This document shows, piece by piece, positions 9,390-20,461 of a stretch of DNA of 40,129 nt. The translations under genes were made by a program, and so were the position numbers. Under the pieces are notes generated by a model. The model was not told where the DNA came from and made no database searches. It saw only the letters and a program-made list of their open reading frames with translations. Position 1 is the first letter of the stretch; every line of letters starts with the position of its first letter. The stretch comes from Craspedostauros australis (taxonomy: Eukaryota): NCBI GenBank assembly GCA_030167865.1, contig JALAGF010003234.1:1-40129 (forward strand). The letters run 5' to 3'.

Positions 9390-10858
9390 GGTGTCGCGCG
9401 CAGTATAATGCTATATAATGCTATATAGAATATAGAATAATATACTATATGTGGCTGCACTCTGCGTACTGGCGTCGAAGGTATCGTCCGAATGCGAGAG
9501 ATGATCTGGGAGAGCGTCTCTGTGATGAAATGAAAGATCCGATCGAAGTGCAGGCACGTCCTCTCTCTCTCTCTTGAATCGTTCCTTGTCTGTTGTGGCT
9601 GGGCGTTCCATCTCTTCTCCTGCAGCACCTTGTGCCTTTGTGCCCATCCAAACACACTGCGGAGCCATTTCACGCTTTGGTGTGTGTCAAAAGACACGAT
9701 GCGTCCAAAAGACTCGACATCTTGTGACTCTTGGATCCGCTGAGTCATGACGTTGCCGTATTGAGTCGTGTCTATAGTTGCTCGAAGGGGTCACAGGCTT
9801 CGACACGCCGGACTGATGACCCATTGACACAAACAATGACATCAGCCCCGACACGCTCGTCCACAACGACGAAGGATGATTCCGCTCGTCGGCTGGCGTC
9901 TTTCCCGACCCCAAGTTCCATGACGACGCAGGGAAGTTGATGGAAGTTCAACAAAATTGACGCTGCTTTGTTGCGTGCTTGTCCTTGAAGGTGAACGTGA
10001 ATGCCCCCCAAAGGAATATCTTTGGATGACCACCTTGGCAAACATTTTGTGCCGTGATTCGTTGCGCTGCTGTTTGCGAAGCGGGCTGTTCAAAAAGATC
10101 ATCAGGGAGGTGCTTTCGAAGCTCACGATCTGTTTGTGCGCATGATTGTGCGTTGCGCTGTTATGGCGCGCTGTGCTGCATTGCCCACGATCGATGCGCA
10201 TTTGAGAAGAGTAGATCCACAGCGAACAGAGCGCGAGACCCGAGCGTTGCTGGCGTGCTGGCTTTTGCGCGCGTAGTTTCGTGCGTGGCGGCAGTACCGC
10301 ACGACAACGGAATACACACAAGAGAAGCAGCAGCGGACGCAATCCACTGTCTTCTCTGTCCTCGCTCTGCGAGCGGAAGCATCACAATCTGGCAAGGTGA
10401 GACTGGGCAACCATCATCATCATCATCATCATAGTCATCATCATAGAGGAGGTTGCCAATCCACACAAAAAGGATCACAACCAATCAATCAAGCAAGCAA
10501 CAGCAAGAAAGAGAGACAGCTGTGACGGCGACAAGAGCAGAAAAGGATCGTAGTCGATACAATAGTTGCCACGCTAACCACATACCCTGGGATTGCATCG
10601 GACGCAAGGTCGCTTTGGAAGCCGCCAGCATCAGAGATAGCAAGGTGACAAAGGCAAGCTCAAGCAGCAGGAGGATTGCATCGATCGCTCTGCTTTGCTT
10701 CTCTTGGTCTAATCTGGACTGATCTTCATCTGGACTGATCGACGCTTCTTTTCGTGAAGAAGACGTCTCCCGACATCGACCGCAGCTACAGCAGTAGCAA
10801 GCAGCCACAGCTCCAAACCAAGCATAAACCCAAACACAGATACAAACGCAAACAGCAG

Positions 10859-12709
10859 ATGGGTCCGCGGCTCGAACCAAACCTCCACCCAACTCTGAAA
10901 CTCGCGCCAAGCAACCTCGACGACAACAGCAGCAGCTTCAGCCACAGCAAGAACACCAGGGACAACAAGGACGCATCGCCAATCCAGTCCGCTGCCTGCT
11001 CACTGGATCCACGAAACTTTGTCATCAACGCGGAGGTGTTGGGGGCTGATTCAGTCCCTTCAATCCAACAGAAACAAACAACAGGCAGCACCAGCGACAA
11101 AATCACGACCAGCCAGAAACCAGCCATCGAGGCACAGGGTGACACCGACCGTACGGCGCTCTACACTGTGTCATCGTCCGAGCTGTTCCTCGCGTCTCCT
11201 ATTTCATCAGAATCTGGCAAAACTGGTGATACCCACAATAGCACCAGCAGGAGCAGCCATAACGGCAGCAATAGGAACAACAGCAATAGCAACAGCGGAG
11301 GTGGCATCCTGGGACTGGGCATCAGGTCGAGAAAGCCATCGCTGACGAAGAAAGGCTCCTTCAGACGCGCCATCGGACGATCGAAGTCGCCCACGGTCAA
11401 GAAGGTCGCTCGCTCCAAGTCTCCGAAGCCCAAGTCCAAGGAGTTCGGCCGCATCCAGATCGGATCCACCGCCCGCAACAAGCTCCGCAAGCTCGAGGCA
11501 GTTGCCCAGGCTTCCAAGCGCACCAACGACTCCACCGACACGTCCGCCATGCCGTCCGCAACAGCCATGGCCGCGCCGATGCCCGTGGGCCCTTCCGATG
11601 TCAACAAGCGCGACGGCAACTTCGACATGGCCGGGGCTGGGCAATCCAGCACCTTCCTCACGGTCACCACCGCGGATGGCACCGTCTCATCGTCCACCAT
11701 CCAATCGGCAGCTGCGTCGCCGCCGTCTTCGCCCACAACCAACTCCAGCACGTCATCGGCGCGGTCCGCCAGCAAAAACAGCAGCAGGTCGTCCACCGGC
11801 GCTTCCAACATGAAAGTCATGCCTCCCATTCCCAGCCCGGAGGCGGACTGCTCCGTTCGCAAGACAGCGCAGGAAGCTGCTGCCTCCACCAACGGCAGAA
11901 GCGCCAGAGCGGCGGCGTCCGAGACGAGCGCCAACAGCTCGAAGCCGTCCCGATCCACCAAGGCTAAGAAGCCCAAGTCTAGGGCCCAGGAAGGCTCATC
12001 GCACGCACCCAGACAGCAGCCCTCTTCGTCATCGTCATCCAACTCTCGTTCGCAGTCTCACTCGCGATCATCAGCACCCGCATCATCCAAGCCGCACTCC
12101 TCTGCTCCGCCGTCGTCCGCCATCGCCTCTTCCATCCAACCGACCAACGCCACCGTCACCGTGCAAAAGTCCAGATCCAAGAACAGCAACAGCACCAGAA
12201 CCAACACCAGCAGCAAGAACAGCAACAGACGCCGCGGCGTCAACTTCCACAGCGTCCAGATCCGCACCTACGCCTACCAGCTCGGAGACAACCCGGCCGT
12301 GTCCATGGGCGCGCCCTTGACCATCTCGTGGCACTACGACGAACTACCCACGCTATCCGTCACGGACTACGAGGCCATCCGCTCGCCGCACCGCCGCACG
12401 AAGCTCATCGAGCTGCTGCTCAACTACTACCAGCGCGAGGCCGTCCTCGTGCGCTGCGGATACTCGGCCAGCGAGGTCACCAACGTCACGCGCACCATCA
12501 ACCGCATCCGCCGCCAGCGACAGCGCACGGCCTGGAACGGCCCCCTCTCCTTTTACATGGAATACGGCATGGAATGCTTCAAGTCCAAGCTGCGACGGCA
12601 GTGCTGCAAAGGCGGCAACAACGCCGTGGTGGAGTACGCCTCCACGCCGACCGTCAGCAAGAGCACCAAGCCTCATCAAGACAACGGCGAGGATGGACCG
12701 AGACATTGA
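10859..12709 (+). CDS. Ser/Thr-rich protein (616 aa) with C-terminal R-G-V-N-F...IRTY...LGDNP...GAPLTISW domain; candidate PP1-interacting protein
   Basis: Long ORF with strongly C/G-ending codons in the 3' half. The first ATG is at 10859; the track start at 10754 is GTG. The motif at 12227-12337 resembles a VxF..IREY..LGDNP..GPP..LGW family I recall from diatom proteomes. Confidence 0.82.
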   Translation: MGPRLEPNLHPTLKLAPSNLDDNSSSFSHSKNTRDNKDASPIQSAACSLDPRNFVINAEVLGADSVPSIQQKQTTGSTSDKITTSQKPAIEAQGDTDRTALYTVSSSELFLASPISSESGKTGDTHNSTSRSSHNGSNRNNSNSNSGGGILGLGIRSRKPSLTKKGSFRRAIGRSKSPTVKKVARSKSPKPKSKEFGRIQIGSTARNKLRKLEAVAQASKRTNDSTDTSAMPSATAMAAPMPVGPSDVNKRDGNFDMAGAGQSSTFLTVTTADGTVSSSTIQSAAASPPSSPTTNSSTSSARSASKNSSRSSTGASNMKVMPPIPSPEADCSVRKTAQEAAASTNGRSARAAASETSANSSKPSRSTKAKKPKSRAQEGSSHAPRQQPSSSSSSNSRSQSHSRSSAPASSKPHSSAPPSSAIASSIQPTNATVTVQKSRSKNSNSTRTNTSSKNSNRRRGVNFHSVQIRTYAYQLGDNPAVSMGAPLTISWHYDELPTLSVTDYEAIRSPHRRTKLIELLLNYYQREAVLVRCGYSASEVTNVTRTINRIRRQRQRTAWNGPLSFYMEYGMECFKSKLRRQCCKGGNNAVVEYASTPTVSKSTKPHQDNGEDGPRH

Positions 12710-14707
12710 AGCTCTTTTGTGTGTACCATTTTTGAATTTGAATACGATTATAGCGAGTAAGGTTTTTTGACTATCCAATCTGCATTCATGTCTAGTTAGT
12801 TGGGCGTCTTTCAATCGCAATGGACTGCGACGTATTCTGATGCATGGAGGACGTCGTGGTGTTGTGCCCCCGAAGGCATCCACGCAAGGCATCAATCAAT
12901 CTCAGCGCCGTATCGTTGCATCTCTTGCACACGCATGCGATATAGCCTACCTCTAGAGCCTCGTCACAAGTATAATGCATGTAATAGGATCCCCGTTGTC
13001 GTTCTGCGATGAAGAATACCGCGCAGCGATCCTGCTTCGTGTGGTCCGTGCTTGAAAGAAACGGTCGAAAATGCAACTGGCAAGAGTATTCCCACGGTCT
13101 TCAACCAACGGTCACTGTGGGTGATGGACAGGCTCTTTATTCGATGGATAGTTTAGAATAGTCGCTCGACACGATCAGGATACTGTCTACATGGGCGCAG
13201 GTATGCAGAGAAGGAAAACGTCTGCAGGACATGATCTACACACCGCAGTCTCTCGCACTATCGCCACATCAGACTGCGCCCACATCTCTTGCATATCGCA
13301 ACGATCAAACGTTTTCGCATCTCGCATGGAGTTGGGATGCTGTTGTGTTCGTGTCCACAAGCAATACGTCCGAGTGCGCTATGGGTCGCATGACTGCTGG
13401 TGGCTCACGAGCATGAGAATGGTACGATTGCCAATATCACGATGGATGATTTGTATTGTTGCTTCGTCCCGTAGTCGCAATCTCAGGTGACGCGGGATAG
13501 TACCAATACGACTCGGAGCGCGATAGATCGAAGCGAGACAGCATCGAGACGAGCGCCCAATTACAAAGAGAGTGCAAGCACTCGTGTGGTGTGGTAGCCT
13601 CGTGATGGAGTCAGAGTAGGCTACCTTTGTGTCCAACCATCATCGTGCGCAAGCTATATTCACTCTCCAGAGACTGGCAACAAGTGAATCATTGAACAGG
13701 CCAACGCAGAATTGGGCACATGAATCGTACATCCCCATACCGTACGCAATCGCCATGCGAGTGATCCATCCACTCGAGGACACTTTGCGCAGAGAGGTAG
13801 GTCATTCCAATCCTTTCCCCGCAAGTGACCTCGAAGCATGAGCCATGTTGTCCCAGCACAACCCTGGGCGTCGCTCAGTGTGTTGGACTTGCCACAACAA
13901 ATGTGTAGGTACGGAGAAGGCGCCGCAATCACAACAATGATGAAGAGGAGGTCATGCGATGCTGGGATCGTCGGCCGAGGATCGGCAGGGTACGAGATGA
14001 CTTGGTGGTGGTGTGCGGTTCGCCAGCCCGAAAGGTCACGGATGATGGCGACGTTGGGAGGTGGACGAAACAGACCGCAGGCATACCGTTTCGATCGCGA
14101 AGACAGAAAAGAGGTAGAGGAAGAGTATTGGAGCATTCCGCTGCTTCCTCTTCTGGCAGACATTGCAAACCATGGCCGCGCAACTTGAGTGCTGCTACCG
14201 CGTCAAAGCCCTGGGATGGTTTCATCTTCGCTGGGACCTTGCTTCAGAAGCTCACCCTCGGGCACCGCACGCACGTTGCGATTGCAGAATCGCGATGCTC
14301 TGCGGTGCCGCTGGACCCCATCCATCGCTCGTATCGCAGAAGACTCGCACTCGCAGTGGACCACGACCGTATCATGACGCCAAACTAGTGCGTGTGATCG
14401 TGGTGTCTCCGCTGCGAGCGTGATCGAAGCCATGCTCTTTGAGGTGATTTGCGCACCGTCATCACGATCTCCGACAAAGCAAGAAAAGGCGCAACGAGGA
14501 CGAAAACGACATGGGTGGATGATTGACATGTAAATGGCGCCTCTCGTGTCGCTCAATAGTCCCATCTTGCACCGCGCATGGTCGCATACACGCTGGTAGA
14601 GAGCAGAGCGCTCACACGCATACTCATGTCCCAAACATCACAAACATGTGAGACAATGTTTGTGCACGTCCCAGCACCAATGCGCCCAGGCACCATCATC
14701 ACTTCGC

Positions 14708-14935
14708 GCTCGCACTTTTGATTCACCTCAATCTTAGGTAGTAATTGGGTCGTACGTTGTGACCTCGGGGAGTAGTCTTATCGAGCCCAAAGCGATTGAA
14801 TCGGGTAAAGTATCCATTGGGCCGCGCGATACATCCACACCCGCAGGGGAACCGTTCTTTGTGAGTTAAGGGTAATCACGCCAACCTTAACGCAGCGAGC
14901 AAGAATACTCCCAATCATGAATCAGAAGAATGAGT
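14708..14935 (+). ncRNA. Candidate structured non-coding RNA or cis-regulatory RNA element (unassigned family)
   Basis: Hand-derived nested stems: 14715-14725/14918-14928 (11 bp), 14768-14779/14901-14912 (12 bp, 1 mismatch), 14785-14790/14817-14822, 14842-14851/14855-14863, 14865-14871/14885-14891 and 14748-14754/14758-14764. Several G-U pairs work only on the + strand. There is no expression evidence. Confidence 0.4.
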
Positions 14936-15800
14936 ATGGTTGTTCCTTAAGAACATCGAAAAGGTGTCCAGAAACAACAAGAAGCTTCGTTGGTCCGACC
15001 AGAACCTTGTGCGGTTGGTAACGCGACAAGTGGCGGGTGCCACTGTTGACGAACAAAAAACTTAACGGCGCCGACAGGTCTTGACGAAGCGCATGGTTTA
15101 TGAGCGACCCAAACCCAAATGTCCACGCTTGCGTTAGTCGTTGAAAACAAAAAAGGTCTTTGCGCACACAAAATGGAGTCGCCCAAACTCACGATGACCG
15201 TGCCATTCACAACACTCGACGAAACCAAACAACGAAGCACAACAGCTTCACAGCCCCTGTGACTGACATGCCCAAACACAAGGCTGACAGGCAGCGCATG
15301 GTACTGTGGCAACGACACATCATCGGCCGGAAGAACACAAAGCCAAAGACGAACATCGCGACCACACACGTGCGGGCGTGTGTATGTACGTCTGTATGTA
15401 TGACGCGCCCCAGTTGCAACGCCAGACTCGGGACAACGGTGAAAATGAGCACAGAGAAGACCCTCATCATCATCATCATCATCATCATAAAATCAACTGA
15501 ACAGCAACTCAAACTCCATCACAACAACAAAGGACGCAATCAACATCACAACCGCCATCACAACTGCCATCACAACACCCAAGCAGACTCAACAACATCG
15601 CACGCCATCAATACCACAACTGCCATCACAAATCCAAACAACGTCGGAGTAGATAGCATTATAAGATAGGGGCGCGGGCACAAGCACAAGCATAACCAAC
15701 ACACAACACACAACACACAACACACAACACAGAAAACGATACTCTGACAAGTTCAACAGCAGCAGCAACCCTCATACAGTAATAAATCGGAAAGGCAACG

Positions 15801-17336
15801 ATGAAGAGAGCATACAGTGAAGGTCTTGTCGGATTGCCTGGTTTGGTCGAGGCCATGAACGCCAACGCTCGCAGCCACCCCCGCATCCTCAACCTTCACG
15901 GCCATCCGCACGTGATCGGGACGACGCTGGCCGCACCTTCGCCCGCAGCACCGGTTCTGGCATTGCCCGAATCTGACCCAACCGCCAGCCTTCTCGCCAT
16001 GGGATATCCAGCTTCACCATCGTTCGTGCTGCCGGGAGCCGTCAGCGCCACAACGCCTGCTGCGATGGTGGCAACGCTCAATGGCAAGATGTCTCCAGAC
16101 CTGTCGTCGCTGCCCATGTACTTCTTGCCAAAAGCGATGCCACCTCTGCTCGCCACCAACAAGCGCCGTCGCATCTCGTTGGAGGAATCATGTTCCATCG
16201 CCACGCAAGAGCTGCAGACCTTGCAGCAGCTGCAGAGCATCAAGATTCAACAGCTGCAGGAGCTGCGACTGCAGCAGCAGCAGGAGGTGTCGAAGCACTC
16301 CAGATCTCTTCTCCTTGCCAGCGCGCAGCTGCAAGCATCGTCCAATCATCTCAAGCAGCAGCAGCAACTGCAACAACGACAACAACAACAACTGCAACAA
16401 CAACAAGAGAAGGAACGCACCTCGCCAGTCCTGAGCCGCAAGATCCTAGACCTCCAGGAACCCCCAAAGCAAGGTCCCCCAAAGAAGGAGTCGTCGGTCA
16501 AGGTCAGCCCTGGCTGTGGTGCTATCCCGAAATGCGAGCAAAGCGGCACCCGGGAGAGAAGCAAACGCAACATCAAGTTCCGCGATTACCAGGAGGAGAT
16601 CTGGACCGACAAACTCAAGGAGCTCATGGAGTTCAAGAAGCAGCGCGGTCACTGCAACGTGCCGCATTCCTACGAGGAGAATCCAGGCCTCGCCCAGTGG
16701 GTCAAGCGCCAGCGGTACCAGCACAAGCTCAAGATGGATGGCAAGAAGTCCACGTTGACCAACGAACGTCTTCACATCCTCAAATCGGTCGGCTTCATCT
16801 GGAACTCACACGATGCCGTCTGGGAGGAGCGCTACAACGAGCTCATCGTCTACAGGGAGTACTACAGGGACTGCATCGTCCCAAGCACGTACAAGGCCAA
16901 CCAGCCGCTGGCCGTTTGGGTCAAGCGCCAACGTCGGCAGTTCAAGCTGCTGCAGCAGGGCAAGCCATCCAGCCTCACGCCAACGCGAATCGCCAAGCTC
17001 AATCGCTTGGAGTTTTCATGGGACTGTCGCAAGGAACGGGATCTGGCATCCATCATCCTCACGTCTTCGCCCGGTCCGACGAGAGCGGCTGTCTCCGATG
17101 ACAGCACCACGGGTGACTCGCAGCAACAGCCGAAACCGGATACAGCAACAACGCACATGCTGTCACCATCCTCCTCGCAACACACCCTGCAACAAGATAT
17201 TCCAACAACAACAGAAACACACAAGAACCATCGTCCAAGCGCCACCATCGTGCAACAAGAGCGCTCGCTGGTAGCCACATTACTGTCCAACAAGAAGCGC
17301 CACCTCGGTGCAATTTTCTCACCTGACCAGTGTTGA
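15801..17336 (+). CDS. Helicase-associated (HA) domain protein with two tandem HA domains and a Gln-rich N-terminal region, no helicase core (511 aa)
   Basis: Two copies of W...L..[FY]......C.VP..Y..N..LA.WVKRQR...L...R...L....F.W at about 16602-16802 and 16821-17021, plus a polyQ-like tract. Confidence 0.92.
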   Translation: MKRAYSEGLVGLPGLVEAMNANARSHPRILNLHGHPHVIGTTLAAPSPAAPVLALPESDPTASLLAMGYPASPSFVLPGAVSATTPAAMVATLNGKMSPDLSSLPMYFLPKAMPPLLATNKRRRISLEESCSIATQELQTLQQLQSIKIQQLQELRLQQQQEVSKHSRSLLLASAQLQASSNHLKQQQQLQQRQQQQLQQQQEKERTSPVLSRKILDLQEPPKQGPPKKESSVKVSPGCGAIPKCEQSGTRERSKRNIKFRDYQEEIWTDKLKELMEFKKQRGHCNVPHSYEENPGLAQWVKRQRYQHKLKMDGKKSTLTNERLHILKSVGFIWNSHDAVWEERYNELIVYREYYRDCIVPSTYKANQPLAVWVKRQRRQFKLLQQGKPSSLTPTRIAKLNRLEFSWDCRKERDLASIILTSSPGPTRAAVSDDSTTGDSQQQPKPDTATTHMLSPSSSQHTLQQDIPTTTETHKNHRPSATIVQQERSLVATLLSNKKRHLGAIFSPDQC

Positions 17337-19063
17337 GAGCGAAAAGCGCCGAACGGCAATCACACATTTCACGATGCTAATTTCGCTTGCGACATGAGAC
17401 CTTCACACTTACCAAACCATGGTAGTCGGGGACCACCATCGTCCTCACAACTATTATAAAGAGGAGAAGTGCTTTTCGGACCGAAAGACTGTACAAACAA
17501 ACAAACAAGCAAATGCAATACATGAGTCTACTTGAACATTTTTCAGTAGAGTCCTCCACTTTATTCTGTATACCAGCTGCTGCTTCTCATTGCTCTGCAT
17601 CTTTCTGTGTGGATGACCATTGGGAATATCATTGGGTGCTGATAGCTCTGTCCGAGGAGAGCATGTTGTACGTTTTGGTGCATTCTGCCACTGATCCTGC
17701 TTGCTTCACTTTGGTGCAGTGATGACAATACCGTCTTGATCTGAGAGATCCATTTCCTTCTTTTTTCGATCTTGGTGGATTTGTTACGCATGAATAACAG
17801 CGCGATTGCGAAAGATGCACAGAAGTCGGACGTCATGCGATGCCCAAGCGGACATTGACCTATTAGCGTTTGTCTGGATGAGCGCTTTGGCACCGGTTCC
17901 GTCGCCTTCGCTTCGTTGCGATGTCACCTCATCGTCGCGGCTCCAATCTAGTAGACAAACCAGTACCCAACACAACAATCGCAATCACGCACATGGCCAT
18001 GGTGGATGACTTGTGTGGTCGGAACGCCATTCAACAGCGAAGGAGTGTTCTTGTGTATCGTCATGGCGCGGTACGAGCTATGCAGGATACTGTGCATCGC
18101 ACACGTGCACTGTCCAATTCTACATAACAAACTGGCGGCTCCAATCGCATCCAGGATTCAACACCACTTGTGTCATCTTCCAGACCTTCTGAGGGAAGAT
18201 TGGAGTGACAGACAGCTGTCGCGTCGTGTGTAGAGGTGAAGTACCATAGAATGCGAACGGTGCAGAGCGTGCGAGACCCTCTCACGCTATTCGGAACTGC
18301 TTCGAATCAGAGCGCGAACACTTGCAAACAGGATTTCAGCAACACAGAGAAGGAGCCTATCGGTCGGGGCACCACTGCATCATGGTAGCACATCCAGATC
18401 TTACAAGGTTGTGGACCCCCACCATGGCACAGAGCGACCGAAAAGACAACGAAGACCGTGAGATCTCGGGAACTGAAGTGATCGTACTCAACGTTGTCCG
18501 AGAAGGTGCGAACAGAGACATGACCAGACAAAAATAGAAAATGGGCGGTGCCACAAACTCCAACAAAAGGTGACGAAGAAGCCATTTGGTAGCGCGAATA
18601 CCATGATTGGTTCTTATTTCACCGAAGAACGTGTTTCAATGTCGCAGTATCACCACTGAACAAGTACCAATACTATATAAAATACAACACTACATATTGT
18701 TCGCCAACGAAAAATGAGCGACTTCGCTTGTTCCGAGCGTCAACTCACGTATTCAATGAAAAGCAAGATTCAAATTAAACGTTCATGCTAGGGATTGTCT
18801 CGAACAAAGACAAAATTGGAACGCAAAAATCATCGGCATTGGCGAAAATGCCAACAACATGACAGTTTGGTGTGGAAGACGACCATGGCGTTCCGGCCTT
18901 TCGCAGAGCGTTGTGGCCGTTCATCCATTCTTCTTTCATCCATTCATCATCACATCGTGCATCTGCATGAATGTGTGCATCCGCAAGAACATATCAGTAG
19001 CGACAGCCGTTCACTCTCCAGCAACAACAACAACAACAGTAATAACAACAGTGGAGCAGAAAG

Positions 19064-19921
19064 ATGGGAGGCGGATCGCTGGCGAAGAACCACCCGTGGG
19101 AGTACTTCACGGCTTCGGCCATGGCGGCCGCCATCAACTATCCTCTGTGGCGCGCATCGGCCATCGGCCAGAGCGGCTTCACGGTCTCCCTGGCGGGCCG
19201 CGGCACCTTCCTCGCCAACATGCCGCCGTCCATCTCGCCCTACGTCCACGCCTTCGCGCCACCCTACAAAGGCATGTTCGCCGTCGTCGGCGGCATGACG
19301 TGGGCGCGCGCCGCCATCTTCTGGGGATCGGATCGCGGCCGCGAGATCCTGCACGACAAGGGACACAGCGAGGCCATGGCCACGGTGCTGCCGCCGCTCA
19401 TTGTCAGCACGCTGGTGCAGTGCGTCAACATGCCCATCGTGCGCGCCAGCATCACGTTGCAGAATCCCGATTCGGGCTTGTCGACGACGACGGCGGCCAT
19501 GCGGCATATCCACCAGCATCACGGATGGGCGGGGCTGTGGCATGGCACGTCGGCCGGCATTCTCAAGACCGTGCCGAAGTACTGCACGGCCATCGTCGTC
19601 AAGGATTACATGGAGACGCGGTTGTTGCGACAGGTGGATCCATCGTCGCCGACCTACAAGCGGGATCATCTCGTGCGGTCCGCCGTCAAGAGTGCGGCGG
19701 CCGGTGTGGCAGGTGCCGCGCTCACGAATCCGCTCGATGTCATACGCAATGAGATGTTCAAGACGAACCAATCGCTCTTCACCACCGTGCGACGATTGCA
19801 TGCCGAGCTGGGCACCAGCTTCATCACACGTGGGTTGGGCAAGAACATGGTGGCCGTGGCCATTCCGGTGGGTTGCACGATCTTCTTCACCGATGCGTTG
19901 ATCGAAATGACGAAAGAGTGA
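19064..19921 (+). CDS. Mitochondrial carrier family (SLC25) protein with divergent signature motifs (285 aa)
   Basis: Three-repeat architecture with AAAINYPLWRAS, VQCVNMPIVRAS...GWAGLWHG...ILKTVP and AAAGVAGAALTNPLDVIRNEM...FITRGL. The size is typical of a carrier. Confidence 0.88.
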   Translation: MGGGSLAKNHPWEYFTASAMAAAINYPLWRASAIGQSGFTVSLAGRGTFLANMPPSISPYVHAFAPPYKGMFAVVGGMTWARAAIFWGSDRGREILHDKGHSEAMATVLPPLIVSTLVQCVNMPIVRASITLQNPDSGLSTTTAAMRHIHQHHGWAGLWHGTSAGILKTVPKYCTAIVVKDYMETRLLRQVDPSSPTYKRDHLVRSAVKSAAAGVAGAALTNPLDVIRNEMFKTNQSLFTTVRRLHAELGTSFITRGLGKNMVAVAIPVGCTIFFTDALIEMTKE

Positions 19922-20461
19922 ATTGGACAGCGTTCTCCTCCAATCGTATTGATCATGTTGATGATGGTGTGATCGTTTGATGGCGTGGATGAAATGTTCG
20001 ACAGAAGACGAGTTGCGCACGAACCAAATCAAACCAAACCAAACGAATCGCTGAACGATTAGTTGGGTGAAGGATGAGGACCTTTTTGTTTGCGCGGCTC
20101 CGGAGGATCGTGGAAACAAGAATGGCAGAAAGCCCGACCACGACTGCAATTGGACTCGCGCGATGTACTCGTTGATGGAGCTTCCTTGTCCGAGGTACCG
20201 CCCATCTATTTGTGATTGACGTCAATGGAATTTCAGCAAGCTATTGCTAGGTAAGATACTTTAGGAAAACATCTTTCTGCACAGCAGCAAAACAACACAA
20301 CTGCAATGAGCATGCAGGCGCACAAATCCATTCAGCTGAGCCCCAGAGAGGCCAGAGAGATGCAGGTGAAACCGCATCATGTCGTGGAAACCAAGCGAGT
20401 CTACCACAGTGAGTCATTTACTCCGCATGCACCTGCACGTGTACTTTCACATCTACATCCG

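Noticed and set aside
14943-14990. Possible heat-shock elements (AGAAGCTTCG)
   Set aside because: Only two adjacent nGAAn units, which is expected by chance.
17937-18210. 12-nt direct repeat GCGGCTCCAATC and short inverted repeats (CTCCAATC/GATTGGAG, ATCTTCC/GGAAGAT)
   Set aside because: The stems compete with each other and are few; there is no coherent element or terminal structure.
18950-20149. 399-aa antisense ORF over the carrier gene
   Set aside because: Shadow ORF caused by GC-rich codon bias on the coding strand; it has no motifs.
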